Source: Octopus sinensis (Eukaryota). Taken from it: a stretch of DNA of 64,000 nt. The notes beneath the pieces were generated by a model. It was not told where the DNA came from. It did not search any database and worked only from the letters and a program-made list of their open reading frames with translations. How positions within the stretch are numbered: position 1 is the first letter of the stretch; each line of letters begins with the position of its first letter. The stretch is taken from positions 28,706,001 through 28,770,000 of the forward strand of contig NC_043003.1 of NCBI RefSeq assembly GCF_006345805.1, given 5' to 3'. Of the stretch, positions 1-11,784 are shown one piece after another. Both the position numbers and the translations under genes were made by a program.

Positions 1-918
1 ACCTCGTTCTGGCCGTCTAGTTGAGTTCGATGAAGAGCGATTAGACAAACTTTTGCATGACAAGGGAACTGGCAGAGAAAATGGAATGGTCACACACTGC
101 TATAGAGAAGCATCTTCACTCGACGGGAAAGGCTCAGAAGTATGGATCATGGGTTCCGCATGCTTTAAGTGACAACAACAAAAATCAGCGAGCCACAATC
201 TCCGCTGGTTTGCCTGCTTGTCACCGCTCAACTTATGGACACAAGCAACGATTTCTTTACCGAATCGATACTGGCGACGAAAAATGGTGCTGGTACATTA
301 ATCTGAAGCAGCGTAAGGAATGGCTTAGCCCCGATAAACAAGCGACTCCGCCCATGGAACAAAATTTTCATCCGTGTAAAACGGTGTTGCGCGTATGGTG
401 GAACTGGGAAGGGATTATCCATTACGAATTGCTTGAACGGAACCAAACGATCAACGTGAAACTCTATATTCAACAGATGGAAAGACTCAACACGGCTATT
501 CAAGAGAAAAGACCTATTCGGTAGCATGGAGGTCTTCTGCTGCACGATAACGCCCGCCCTCATATCGCCAATATGCCCACGGAAGCCATTCAGTTGTATG
601 ACTGGGAAATGCTACCGCACCCGCCGTACTCTCCTGATTTGGCACATAGGATTTCCACCTCTTTCGATGTCTTTCAAATGCTATGAGCGAAGTTTCGTTC
701 AATTCTGATGCAGAATTGAGAGCTTGGTCGGATCAATTTTTCGAGTCGAAATCGGGTGATTTCTACCAACGAAGTATTGAAAATCTTGTTGAACGTTGGG
801 GAGAAGTTGTAAGCAACAAGGGTGAATACATTATTGATTAATTAGTGGTTATTTTTTATTAAACCTTTTAAAAAATTTAAATCTAAAAAAAGGCGGGAAC
901 TTAGTTGCCAACCCAATA
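1..918 (+). mobile_element. Mariner (Tc1/mariner, DD34D) DNA transposon, 3' part with right TIR and TA target site
   Basis: Degraded transposase followed by a TIR ending ...CTTAGTTGCCAACCCAA (916) plus TA (917-918). The TIR reverse complement is TTGGGTTGGCAACTAAGTTCCCGCC. Confidence 0.95.
2..841 (+). pseudogene. Mariner transposase pseudogene (frameshifts, in-frame stop at 522-524)
   Basis: Motifs RSGR, WVPHAL, TGDEKW, LLHDNARPH, HPPYSPDLA..DFHLF and C-terminal ..NKGEYIID* (TAA 839-841). Confidence 0.95.
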
Positions 919-957
919 TATATTCGTACATACATACATAAATAGATAAGATATATG

Positions 958-994
<37 letters not shown>

Positions 995-1008
995 ATGTAT
1001 GTATACAC

Positions 1009-1173
1009 GACGGGCCATACTCATTCACAAGACTGCCATACCCACTCACAAGGCTTTTGTCAACCCGAAGCTATAGTAGAAGATACTTGCCCAAGGAGCC
1101 ACAAAGTAGGACTGAACTCAAAACCTTGTGGTTAGGAAACAGACCTCTTATCACACTGCCACGCCTGCGCCTA
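1009..1173 (-). mobile_element. SINE family A (tRNA-derived head plus CORE-like body), head fragment
   Basis: Reverse complement of the TAGGCGCAGG..GTGG..TTGGGCAAGT..CTATAGC head seen in many copies in the window. Confidence 0.8.
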
Positions 1174-1654
1174 ATAGAAGCTATATAAACTACTTTGATT
1201 TATTCGAAATTTACGTAAAAGCTTGACATGACTGAGTCTCTAGTTACAATCTAAACTCTCACTCTGCATTTATATTTGTATTCATCCGTTATGTGCAATA
1301 GAAACAGCATGAAACTAAAACAACCGTGTATGTATCGTAATTATAATTTAAATACATCGGGGAACGGTAAGTTACTGAAGCGGCGGGGTGTTACATCTGG
1401 ACGGATGATGCAGTAGCTTGCCTTTCAACGATGTATTTTAAAGTATGATGTATAGATGGCTATATTTGCTTACATTTACGCACACATAAACGCACATGCG
1501 CGCACACACACACATAAACACACACGCGCGCACACACACATAAACACACACATACACGGTCACACACGCACACACAAACGCACACACACACACACATATG
1601 AATTTTTACAAGAGAAAGGTCGACAGTAACTTCGAAATTTGAAGTTTTGCTTTA

Positions 1655-1710
1655 TCAGCTGTAATCTGACTGATGATGGCTGATTAACCGAATGTCCGAA
1701 GTCACTGTCA
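1655..1710 (+). mobile_element. Penelope-like remnant with degraded hammerhead-like core
   Basis: CTGATGA (1670-1676), short GG..CC stem, then GAAT in place of GAAA. Confidence 0.3.
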
Positions 1711-1783
1711 CAAAATTTTCTCTTTAAAATTAAACATGTACTCTACTAAATAGTTTTTATATATAACTTGATATAAAACATGC

Positions 1784-1842
<59 letters not shown>

Positions 1843-1904
1843 GTGTGTGTTGTGTGTGTGTGTGTGTGTGTGTGTATGCATGTATGTATGTATGTATATA
1901 TATG

Positions 1905-2505
1905 TATATATGCATGTCATTATTCTGTTTTAGTTCAAGATTTCTTGCCAATAGAATATGTATGTATTCTCCTGCATGTAGCTGCATGTCTATACATGCG
2001 CATATATACTTAGAAGATAAACTTCTGAAAAGTTTTACAAATTTTTACGGTCTAGTGTTGGCTTAGATCTTAGTCTTTGAATCAGTTATCTTCTTTCTGG
2101 TTTTGAGAAGCCTAATTTCTCAATATTGGTACTTAGGCAGTGTGTTACATATCTCAGTGCCGCAATAACCATAGGTATAAACCTGAACTTGTAATAGGGG
2201 AAGAGTAACTGTAGATTTCTTAATAGTTCAGCATAGGTATTTTCCTTTTCACTGATCTTTAGCTAGCAGATTTCCACAACTGCACAGCTTCTCTTGTCTA
2301 TCTCAAATCACTATGTCAGGTCTCTTATGTTTACATTTTATTGAGGTTTTTACTGGGACATTCCGCCGAGTGGCTATTGATTCTACATTACTATTTCTTT
2401 GATCTCAGGGTCATCCTTCCGACGGATCTCATTATGCAGTGTCTTTACTACACCATCATGTCTCATCGGTAGATAATACTGTGATGACATTTTCGGACAA
2501 CTTGT
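1905..2505 (-). mobile_element. R4/Dong-like RLE non-LTR retrotransposon 3' fragment (pseudogenised)
   Basis: Minus-strand translation: CPKMSSQYYLPMRHD...NVPVKTSIKCKHKRPDIVI*DRQEKLC.VVEI...KISEKENTYAELLRNLQLLFPYYKFRFIP...VKICKTFQKFIF* (stop 2010-2012). This is the end of the CCHC knuckle plus a PD-(D/E)xK endonuclease. Confidence 0.85.
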
Positions 2506-2514
2506 ATATTTCAT

Positions 2515-2660
2515 TGTATGTACGTACGTACGTACGTACGTATGTATGTATGTATGTATGTATGTATGTATGTATGTATGTATGTATGTATTTATGTACG
2601 TACGTATGTATGTATGTATGTATGTATGTATGTATGTATGTATGTATGTATGTATGTATA
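2515..2660. repeat. (TACG)n/(TATG)n microsatellite
   Basis: Direct reading of the sequence. Confidence 0.95.
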
Positions 2661-2662
2661 AG

Positions 2663-3150
2663 TCATCATCGTCATCATCCAGTCGTGCTTATTGCTTGGA
2701 TCACTGTGACTCGTTCTCTTCAAGCTATTCGGGTCGCCATTGCACGTGCTAGGTCTTCTCGGCTTCACTCGGAGTCCTCACACAGTTGCTCTATGTAGGT
2801 TCGACGTAATCTACAAACATTTGCGTACCCATGCTTCGGTTTCCAAAGAAGGACATCGCTGATCATCTTATCCATTGCTCTCCAGCAATGTCCAGCGAAT
2901 CTTCTTCTTTCTCTGATGACATGTAATATTGGTGGTAAATTACCATAGCGAGGCTCTTTCATAGGATGTTGTCTCCAAGAAATGTCCAGAACAGCTCGAA
3001 GCATTCTTGTATAAGTTCCGTCAGTTTTCCTTCCAAGACGCTTTGTTAAAGTCCATGTTGTACATCCGTACAACAGAACTGACTGCACAACCGCCTGAAA
3101 GAATTTACATTTCAAATTTAATGGAAGTTTAGATTTCCAGACCATTGAGA
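2663..3150 (-). mobile_element. RTE-clade (RTE-X-like) LINE 3' fragment with (GAT)n tail
   Basis: VWKSKLPLNLKCKFFQAVVQSVLLYGCTTWTLTK...RRFAGHCWR...RTYIEQLCED, then ..RERV.. and a GATGA tail. Confidence 0.9.
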
Positions 3151-3164
3151 ATATATTTTAAGTT

Positions 3165-3590
3165 ACCTATACATACAAACTTACATACATGCATACATAC
3201 ATACATACATACATACATACATACATACATACATACATACATACATACATACATACATACATACATACACACATACATGCATACATACATGCATACATAC
3301 ATACATACATACATACATACATACAAACAAACATACATACATACATACACATACATACATACATGCATACATACATACATACATACATATATACATATAT
3401 ACATATATACACACATACATACATAAATACATACATACTATACATACATGCATGCATACATACATATATACACACATACATGCATACATACATACATACA
3501 TACATACATACATACATACATACATACATACATACATACATACATACATACATACATACATGCATATATGCATACATACATACATACTAT
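3165..3590. repeat. (CATA)n microsatellite
   Basis: Direct reading; explains the IHTY/MYVC ORFs. Confidence 0.97.
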
Positions 3591-3784
3591 GCATATAAAA
3601 ATGCTGAGATACATAAATATAAATTTCTACTAACATACTTATATACGGAAGATCTTAGTATTGTGTCACATTGTTGTAAAGAAATAAAGCTCTTAACTAA
3701 AGACGCTGTTAATTTATATACTAAGATGCAATACAAAAACACTTCAAACAAACGTAGAATGCGAATGTGAATGTGTATGTGTGC

Positions 3785-3818
<34 letters not shown>

Positions 3819-3850
3819 AGGGGGAGGGAATGAGATAACCAAAGACACAG

Positions 3851-3917
3851 TGACGTCAGCCATTTTGCTACGTCTTAATATTTCTTCCTTCTCCCACGTC
3901 CACTCTAGAGCGGAAGT
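3851..3917 (-). promoter_or_regulatory. Promoter-like motif cluster (CRE, YY1/Kozak CAAAATGGC, ETS CGGAAGT)
   Basis: TGACGTCA 3851-3858, GCCATTTTG 3859-3867 and CGGAAGT 3911-3917 within 70 bp of non-repetitive DNA. Confidence 0.3.
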
Positions 3918-4424
3918 TACTTATTGCTTAGTTAATGCATATAAAAAATTCCAAGTGTAGTCAAACAGTGATCAGTTATTTTATACATACCTTTGGATGA
4001 AGAATAATCGCCTTTGTTACTAACAAGCGATTCGAGTTTTTAAATAGAATTCTGAAATTTTCTCTTTAATTTTGTTGTAACCAAATCTCCCGGGGTTTGG
4101 TGGGTAATTCTTAGTCATTTGCCATGAGTATCGATTTGTGGTCTTGTTAATGTCTTCTTTGATTAATTTATTCAATTTGCTTTTTCCTGTGTTAAACATG
4201 CACTTTGTCACACGCATACCATTATCTCTCTCATAACAGTCTATCTCTGTCTCTCTCTCTCCTAGCTTTCCTCCTACGCTAACGTATCATTGAATTAAAT
4301 TTTATACGTCATTTCTTCGGACATATGATCAAACGTAAAGGATTTACGACCAGAAATCCTCTGACGTCATTTGTATCTACTGAATTAGAATGCACAAGCA
4401 AAAGAGTGTCATTTGAGGGACATT

Positions 4425-4735
4425 TTGTTGCTCTTTCTAACAAGTTCGACGACCAGTAACTAAGTACAGGCTTCGTGTATTTGGTATTCCCCTATCCCAT
4501 GTTCATTCATTTCCTTTTAAGTCGTAGTTTGATTTACATGAGATTTGGCTACTGTTTCTAGACTGCTGAACAATAACATACAGGATCCCTCGTTGGCACG
4601 CATGATCTCATTTTGTTGTTTAACCCCAGGTTACCTTTCCGGCAGCAAACATATACTCAAAGACATTGATGTCATGACTGCCTCATCTTTTTGTGTGGCA
4701 TAAGGCATATAGGACTACATTTTCCAATGTGTCTC
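4425..4735. mobile_element. Dispersed repeat family E (GAGATTTGGCTGCTATTTCTAG motif)
   Basis: Related sequence at ~11010-11160, ~37000-37200 and ~40310-40345, and the short motif at ~5650-5675. Confidence 0.55.
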
Positions 4736-5032
4736 TTTTACTTTTACTTGTTTCAGTCATTTGACTGTGGCCATACTGTAGCACCGCCTCTAGTCGAGCA
4801 AGTCGACCCCATGACTTATTCTTTGTAAGCCTATTACTTAGTCTATCTGTCTCTTTTGCCGAACCCCTAAGTTACGGGGACGTAAACACACCAGCATCGG
4901 TTGTCGAGCGATGTTGGGGGGGGGGTCAAACACAAACACACAAACATATACACACACGTACATACTTGGTGTTAAAATAAGGGTATTATTAAATTAATAT
5001 CTAATTTTTCACCCTCATTTTTGAATGTATAT

Positions 5033-5077
<45 letters not shown>

Positions 5078-5223
5078 TATATATATATGTATATATACGA
5101 CGGGATTCTTTCAGTTTCCGTCTACCAAATATACTCACAAAGCTTTGGTCGGCCCGAGGGACTGAACTCGGAGCCATGTGGTTGGTAAGCAAGCTAGTTA
5201 CCACACAGCCACTCCTACGCCTA
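4735..5223 (-). mobile_element. SINE family A, near full length with internal (TA)n
   Basis: Tail (GTAAAA repeats, CATGGCCGCAGTCAAATGACTGAAAC-like) and tRNA/CORE-like head on either side of a microsatellite. Confidence 0.9.
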
Positions 5224-5373
5224 TGTATTTAATTTATTTTAAGACTGAAGAGCGTAATTGGAGGAATTAGAGCGAGTCATTCTCAAAGTTATACTGGTTG
5301 TGGAACACATATTGAAGTCTGGTTTTCGGGTTTCTACACTGTGGGACTATGTTGAGAATAGACTGGTTTCGGT

Positions 5374-5865
5374 AGGTAAATATTTCGTAAAGGACCCGTC
5401 CGTAACTCGGTGTGAAATAATTTTCTCCATGGGTTTTTTCGAGTGCATTCAAAGTATCTCACCTCCAAACCCGCTGCAAGCCACTTTTTCCAGAAAAGGA
5501 AGGAGGTGGAGAGGGGGGACATCGGAATTTCCCACCAACGGAACTTTGTTTCACAAATTTTTGTTTTTCTTTTCCAGGTTATTTCGCATACTTTCAACGA
5601 ATGTGACATCGAAATCCTGCGTAAACGGCTCTTTTCCCCAGAAAAGGATAGATTTGGCTGCTATTTCTAGCTCGCTCTAATACCACGTAAAAGCTATTTG
5701 CGATAAAGGACCCACCGATATTTTACTGTGAAATAATCTTTTGACCCTTCCCCCCACTTTTTTTCCGGAAAAAAGTGACTTGCGGCGGGTTTGCACTCGA
5801 AAAAACCCGTGAGAAAAATTATTTTACACCGAGGTACGAATGAGTTCTTTATGAAATATTTACCC
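5374..5865. mobile_element. MITE-like foldback element (~490 bp, ~120-bp imperfect TIRs)
   Basis: GGTAAATATTTCGTAAAG..CTCGGTGTGAAATAATTTT..GGGTTTTTTCGAGTGCA..CAAACCCGC (from 5375) is the reverse complement of ~5762-5865. No clear TSD. Confidence 0.8.
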
Positions 5866-6243
5866 ATGGTTGTTTACTGATACAGAAATACACCGGTACG
5901 GAAGATTGTAAACAAGGAAAGTAACTGTAATATTTTTTTGGTACCAGAAATCGTTACAACATGGTCATTTACTGATATACAAATACACAGGTACAGCGTT
6001 TTTGTTTGACCTTTCAGCCTTTCTAACATTTTGTTTCTGCGTCGGTGTTCATAAATACACCTGTACAGAAGACTGTAAACAATGAAAGTAGCTATAATAT
6101 TATTATTATTTTTTTTTTTTTTTGGCACAACGCAAACGCTTTGGCAGAATGAAGCGAGAATGATAGAGACGCGTCGTCGTCGTCGTATAAAATGTTCTTT
6201 GCTATCTTGTACGCAATGAACGTGCAAACATACACACACTCAC

Positions 6244-6357
6244 AGAAGCATACGCACTCATATACAAAATGTGACGTCGTCGTCGTGGTATAAAATGTCC
6301 GTTACTATAGTTGACTATAGAAAGATTATTTTCGAGAAAATGCTTTATAGTTTCAAT
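6244..6357 (-). CDS. Candidate internal exon (phase 0-0) IETIKHFLENNLSIVNYSNGHFIPRRRRHILYMSAYAS
   Basis: Acceptor TTTTTATTTTCATTTAG, donor GTGAGT, 114 nt open. It lies in a region with internal direct repeats, so it may be TE-derived. Confidence 0.2.
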
Positions 6358-6587
6358 CTAAATGAAAATAAAAATTAAATGTTGACACTCGCAGGGTGCA
6401 ATACTATTACCTTTTAAAATTTGATTTGATTTGGTGGAGCCATTTGAGAATGTATAGGGAACAGACAAAGAATTTTATGTATAGAGAAATTAAAACGACA
6501 GAAGCAGTATTAACACCAATTAAAAGGTAAAATTTATCAACACTTAAAAGTGGACATGCTAAAACACACAATACTGCGATATTTACC

Positions 6588-6710
6588 ATGAAAGAATCTC
6601 TCATGTGGGTTTTTGTGGTGTATATGAGCACTCTTGTTTACACTGTTAACGGGAGACAATCACAGCTTTCTCCGCTGCCCGGACTGCCAGTTGACATCAT
6701 TTCGGCCTTG
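6588..6710 (+). CDS. Candidate first coding exon of a secreted protein (signal peptide MKESLMWVFVVYMSTLVYTVNG)
   Basis: ACCATGA start, basic N-region, hydrophobic core and V-N-G cleavage-like site. 123 nt ending at TTG|GTATGA; a second donor CG|GTAAGA starts at 6740. Confidence 0.4.
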
Positions 6711-6946
6711 GTATGAAACTAAAAGACGACGATGTAACGGTAAGATAACATTTACAGTTAGATATTTAGCTTCAGAGATTTAAAGCATGCTTTAGTATAA
6801 TAGCGTAGGCATAGCATGGCGGAATGGTTTTAATGTTCACTTCGCAAGTTCGATGACACAAGTAGGATCTCGCAGCATAGCATCTTGGGCAAATGTTCTT
6901 TCTATAGCCTCGAGTTGATGTACAACTTCTGAGATAAAATGTGTAA

Positions 6947-7530
6947 GCAGGAGTGGTTGTGTGGTAAGAAACTTGCTTCCCAACTACATGGTTCCGGGTT
7001 TAGTCCCACTGTGTGGCATCTTGGGCAAGTGACGTTTGGCCTCGGACCGACCAAAGTCTTGCAAGTGGATTTTGTAGATGGAAACTGAAAGAAACCCACC
7101 ATGTGTATGTATGTATGTATGTATGTATGTATGTATGTATGTATGTATGTATGTATGCATGTATGTATGTATGCATGTATGTATGTATGTATGTATGTAT
7201 GTATGTATGTATGTATGTATGCATGTATGTATGTATGTATGTATGTATGTATGTATGTATGTATGTATGTATGTATGTATGTGTGTGTGTGTGTGTATGT
7301 GTTTGTGTCTTTGTGCCTGAGTTTGTTTCCCAACACCGACTGACAACTGGTGTTGCTGTGTTTACATTCCCGTAACTTAGCTGTTCGGTAAAGAGACGGA
7401 TAAAATAAGTACCCGACAAAAAAAATAACAACATAAATACTGGGGCGCGATTCATTCGACTAAATATTCTTCAGAGTGGTGCCTCAGCATGGCCGCAGTC
7501 TAATGACTGAAACAAGTAAAAGAAAACGAA
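6947..7530 (+). mobile_element. SINE family A, full length with internal (TATG)n
   Basis: Head GCAGGAGTGGTTGTGTGGTAAG..TTGGGCAAGT, internal microsatellite, tail ..ATGACTGAAACAAGTAAAAG. Confidence 0.9.
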
Positions 7531-7965
7531 AACAAAGAAAGACCGTTGGGTGGATTGTACCCGTATTCCAAAAGGTACAACCATGTCACACACTTGTGTC
7601 ACGCTTAATCTGCTTGAGAATCCCGTTAAGGGTACATGTCACGACGTTCAGCTGCTTACACGTTAACTAAGGAGGAGGTAACTCACTTGATGGAACAACT
7701 GAATGCTCCTCGTCGACTGACGGAGATCCGCTACTATCAATTCCATGACACCGGACTTAAATGCTTTATTTCTTCTCACCGAGTTAAGCATACCCCACTC
7801 AAGACTACTCTGCTTTCTTGTTGTGACGTCACCATCTTGCAGTGACGTCACAGCATCAGATGACATTGTGAGCGTAAAACGACGTCATGGCTTCGAGTGC
7901 CATCGATTTCAAATCAACAGAATATTGCGGCTGCGGCTGCTGGTGCTGGTGCTGCTGCTGCTGCT

Positions 7966-8022
<57 letters not shown>

Positions 8023-8119
8023 AAATAATAATAATAATAATAATAATAATAGTCATTTCTATTAAAGGCACAAGGCCATAAATTTTGGGTGAGGGGACTA
8101 ATCGATTACATCAACCCCA

Positions 8120-8300
8120 GTGATGTGCCCCACCTGCAAGGTCATGCGTTGTTTATCTTGATATGAAATCACCATGTTCCACTCATATGCTTGTGGTGAT
8201 TGTGCTCGGTATATCCTTATCAGGCGGGTAGTTATGATGGGTATATGAGCTTCGTATATTTGTACACCAGTGTCACCAAGATGGCATGCGCTGCTCCCTC
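8120..8300 (+). mobile_element. (AAT)n-flanked repeat family C, partial copy
   Basis: Matches ~28360-28530 and the reverse complement of 33164-33340, ending GCTCCCTC(AAT)n. Confidence 0.8.
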
Positions 8301-8337
8301 AATAATAATATTGATGATGATGATGATGATGATGATG

Positions 8338-8394
<57 letters not shown>

Positions 8395-8399
<5 letters not shown>

Positions 8400-8762
8400 C
8401 CTTTCTACTATAGGCACAAGGGCTGAAATTTTGGGGAGGGAGATAGTCGATTACATCGACCCCAGTATTCAAATGGTACTTATTTTATCGACCCCGAAAG
8501 GACGAAAGGCAAAGTCGACCTCGGTGGAATTTGAACTCAGAACCTAATGACGAACGAAATATCTATTTCTTTACTGCCCACAAGGGGCTAAACACAGAGG
8601 AGACAAACAAGGTCAGACAAACGGATTAAGTCGATTACATCGCCCCCAGTGCGTAACTGGTACTTATTTAATCGACCCCGAAAGGATGAAAAGCAAAGTT
8701 GATCTCGGTGGAATTTGAACTCAGAACGTAAGAACGGACGAAATACCGCTAAGCATTTTGCT
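8395..8762 (-). mobile_element. SINE family B (tRNA head, CCTTTCATCCTTTCGGGGTCGAT body) with duplicated internal segment
   Basis: Two tandem ATCGACCCCGAAAGGA(C/T)GAAA(G/A)GCAAAGT.GA.CTCGGTGGAATTTGAACTCAGAAC blocks. Confidence 0.85.
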
Positions 8763-9299
8763 CGGTGGCGAATTTTTTTTCCCATGAGAGTTCCGGACTT
8801 CAATAATGGACTCATTTGCATACAGCCAATCAGAGCTCACCTTGACCTTGTTATCAAGTTAATAAACACGTTCTACCAAGCAAACTCAAGACCAATCACC
8901 AAGTTATTTCCCGATTTTAGGAGACAAGTAATTAAATAGATTTGCATCTGTACCTATTACTGGATTTTGTTGGGGCCCCATATGGTAAAGATATAGATAG
9001 GGAAAATGTAGGTAGAGGATGATGTGCTAACAACTCTCTCCTCTTCCTGTTTTACAAAGTCAACAACAACACAAATAACTAACAGTGCCAGGCATAGTTG
9101 AAACAAGAACAAGACCAACAAGCAGTTTCCAAAAAGAAAAGAAGCATTGTCACTCCTTACCCAAGTGAACTTATCTTATCGCCCATCACTTGTTATGCTC
9201 TCATAAATTAGGTTGATAGTTGAGCTCTGATTGGCTATATGCAAATGAGTTCGAAACTGGTGTCCGGAACAGTCGTGTGAAAAAAATTTCGTTGCCAGG
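8761..9299. mobile_element. MITE-like element with ~70-bp imperfect TIRs, truncating a SINE B head
   Basis: TTCCGGAC..ACTCATTTGCATACAGCCAATCAGAGCTCA (8791-8838) is the reverse complement of TGAGCTCTGATTGGCTATATGCAAATGAGT..GTCCGGAA (9221-9269). Confidence 0.75.
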
Positions 9300-9384
9300 C
9301 GGGTGGGGAGGAGGCGGTGGATGATGGGAGGAGGGGAGGACAGGAGGAGGGGAGAGGGAGCAGCAGCAGTAACACATTCATCAG

Positions 9385-9815
9385 TTGGCTTATAACAATT
9401 GATACCGACATACATCGATCAGGTATATAATTCAAATGACACACACATTTATAGATTAGGTATACCAATAAATTGATTCAAGAGTTCATCGATCAGCTAT
9501 ACCAGTACACTGGTACAGACATTGATCGATCAGCTATACCATTCAATTGATACCGACATTCATCGATGAGCTTTAACAATCGATGCCGATACACATCGAT
9601 CACGTATACCAATGAGTTATTAGAGGCATGCATCGATCAGCTATACCAGTCAATAGGTAGACATTCATCGAACAGGTATTCCATTCAATTGATATCGACG
9701 TACATCGATTAGCTATACCAATCAATTGATACTTACATTCATCGATCAACTATACCAATTAATGATAGCGCCATTAATCTATCAACTTCACCAATCAAAT
9801 GGTAGAAGGTTCGAA
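9385..9815. repeat. 37-bp minisatellite, ~11-12 diverged units
   Basis: Consensus ~CATTCATCGATCAGCTATACCAATCAATTGATACCGA; the ATCGAT core recurs mostly at 37-bp spacing. Confidence 0.9.
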
Positions 9816-10045
9816 CGAGTTAACTTCGGATTGCTTTGTGAATGATTTCTGTTGATCGCTATCGATCCTTCAGCTGGCTATTGTCTAATCTAATAATTAT
9901 TGATCTGGTTTATCCGTAACTCACTTAGCGTGAGATAAATAACGCATTATTTGATTTAACAATTGGTTAGACACGCGCGCGCACACACACACACACACAG
10001 ACACACACACAACACACACGCACTGACGCACATATATATGCATAA

Positions 10046-10084
<39 letters not shown>

Positions 10085-10127
10085 GTGTGTGTATATACAC
10101 ATACACACACTTAAGCATGCATATGTA

Positions 10128-10165
<38 letters not shown>

Positions 10166-10293
10166 ATATATTATATATATATATATACATATATATATAC
10201 ACATATATATGTATGATGTATGTATATGTGTGTGTGTGTAATATATATATAATATATGTCTATATACATATATGTATATCTACCACCTATCTC

Positions 10294-10333
<40 letters not shown>

Positions 10334-11784
10334 GTAATATATATATATATGTCTATATACATATATGTATATCTACCTATCTATCTGTATAATATTATAT
10401 ATATATATACATACAATAGATACATGTACATATGCATATATATATTATATATATATATATATATATACATATATACACACACATATATGCGTGTGTGTAT
10501 GTATGTTGGTATGTATGTATGGCTCGGCATGCGTATATGTATATCGGTTAATAAAGCCGTCAGATCTAGTTAATGGTAACGTCTCCTCCTCACCAACCCA
10601 TTAATGCTAGAAACTTTGAAACAAAGCTGGATAACAACTGTATTTAATTCTGGACGGGAAGGTAATGGAGTCGTGGTTACGACGGTGGCACCGGCGTCAC
10701 GTGCGTTGGCTTTGGTAATAGTGTTAAGAATGGTGCTGGTGGTGCTGGTGGTGGTGGTAGTGGTGGTGCTAGTGTTGATGGTGTGAAGACTACGTTTCTT
10801 CAATGGCATCGTTGCTAGAATCTTGTCTTAAGTTGTCAGTGGTGATAGTATTGGCTTTGGTTTGCAGTGTTGACGGTGTTGATGATGCCGATGAAGGCGG
10901 CCGTTGTTGTTGCGATTGCGGTGAAGGTGGTGGTAGTGGTATTGATGGTGGTGGAAGTGATTGAGATGGTTGTGGTGGTGTTGGTAATGGTTTTATTTAA
11001 GCTGCTGGTCAGCCTAGACCTATGATCAAAAGCTTTCCCGCCATGACCATCCTGCCTTGTGGCCTATATTCAGCGAACTTAGGACCACATTACCCACCAG
11101 GTCGGTAGAGGATGATTTGAGAGGAATTTCGTTTCAATTTCTAGCATGTCAAACGGCTCTCGCACTAGCTTGGCTAACACTAACAATGGCGTTGCTGTTA
11201 TTGTCGTTGTCAGCGGTGATAATGACGTTATGTTGATTATGCTGATTGTGATGATGGAGGTGGTGTTTGTGGTAGCTTTATGGTGGTGGTGGTGGTGGTT
11301 TTGGTGGTGGAGGTTATGTTGATTGGCGGTGATGTTGGTAGTGGCGTTATAATGATTGCAGTAGTGGTGATGTTGGTGGTGGTGGTGCTGTGTTGATTGT
11401 AGCGGTGGCGATGTTGGCGGCTGTAATGATGTTGACTGTTGTTGTTGTGCTGGTAGTGGTGGTGGTGGTAGTAGTGGTGATGGTGGATGACAATGTGGAG
11501 GAGAAAGAGGAGGAGATGACGACCATAACAAAGATGATGCCGAAGACGACGAGGATGATGACGACGATGAGGATGATGATGATAACGAGGACAATGATGT
11601 TGATGATGATGGTGACGACGATGACGACGACGATGACAACGACGACTACTACGATGGTGAAAATATCGGGGGAAGATACGACAAACTGAAAACATCACAT
11701 GAATACCTGTAATGGAGTGCACTAAAGATACCCAAGGGGCCAGCTGATGTTGCCATACTGTGTGTATATATATATGTATGTATG

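Noticed and set aside
4020-4217. 65-aa K/N-rich minus-strand ORF near a strong AAG|GTATGT donor at 3990
   Set aside because: The ORF frame stops before the donor, the acceptors are weak, and no homology was recognised.
9385-9815. CRISPR-like ~37-bp periodicity
   Set aside because: The units are contiguous and diverged, with no unique spacers and no cas genes, in a eukaryotic context.
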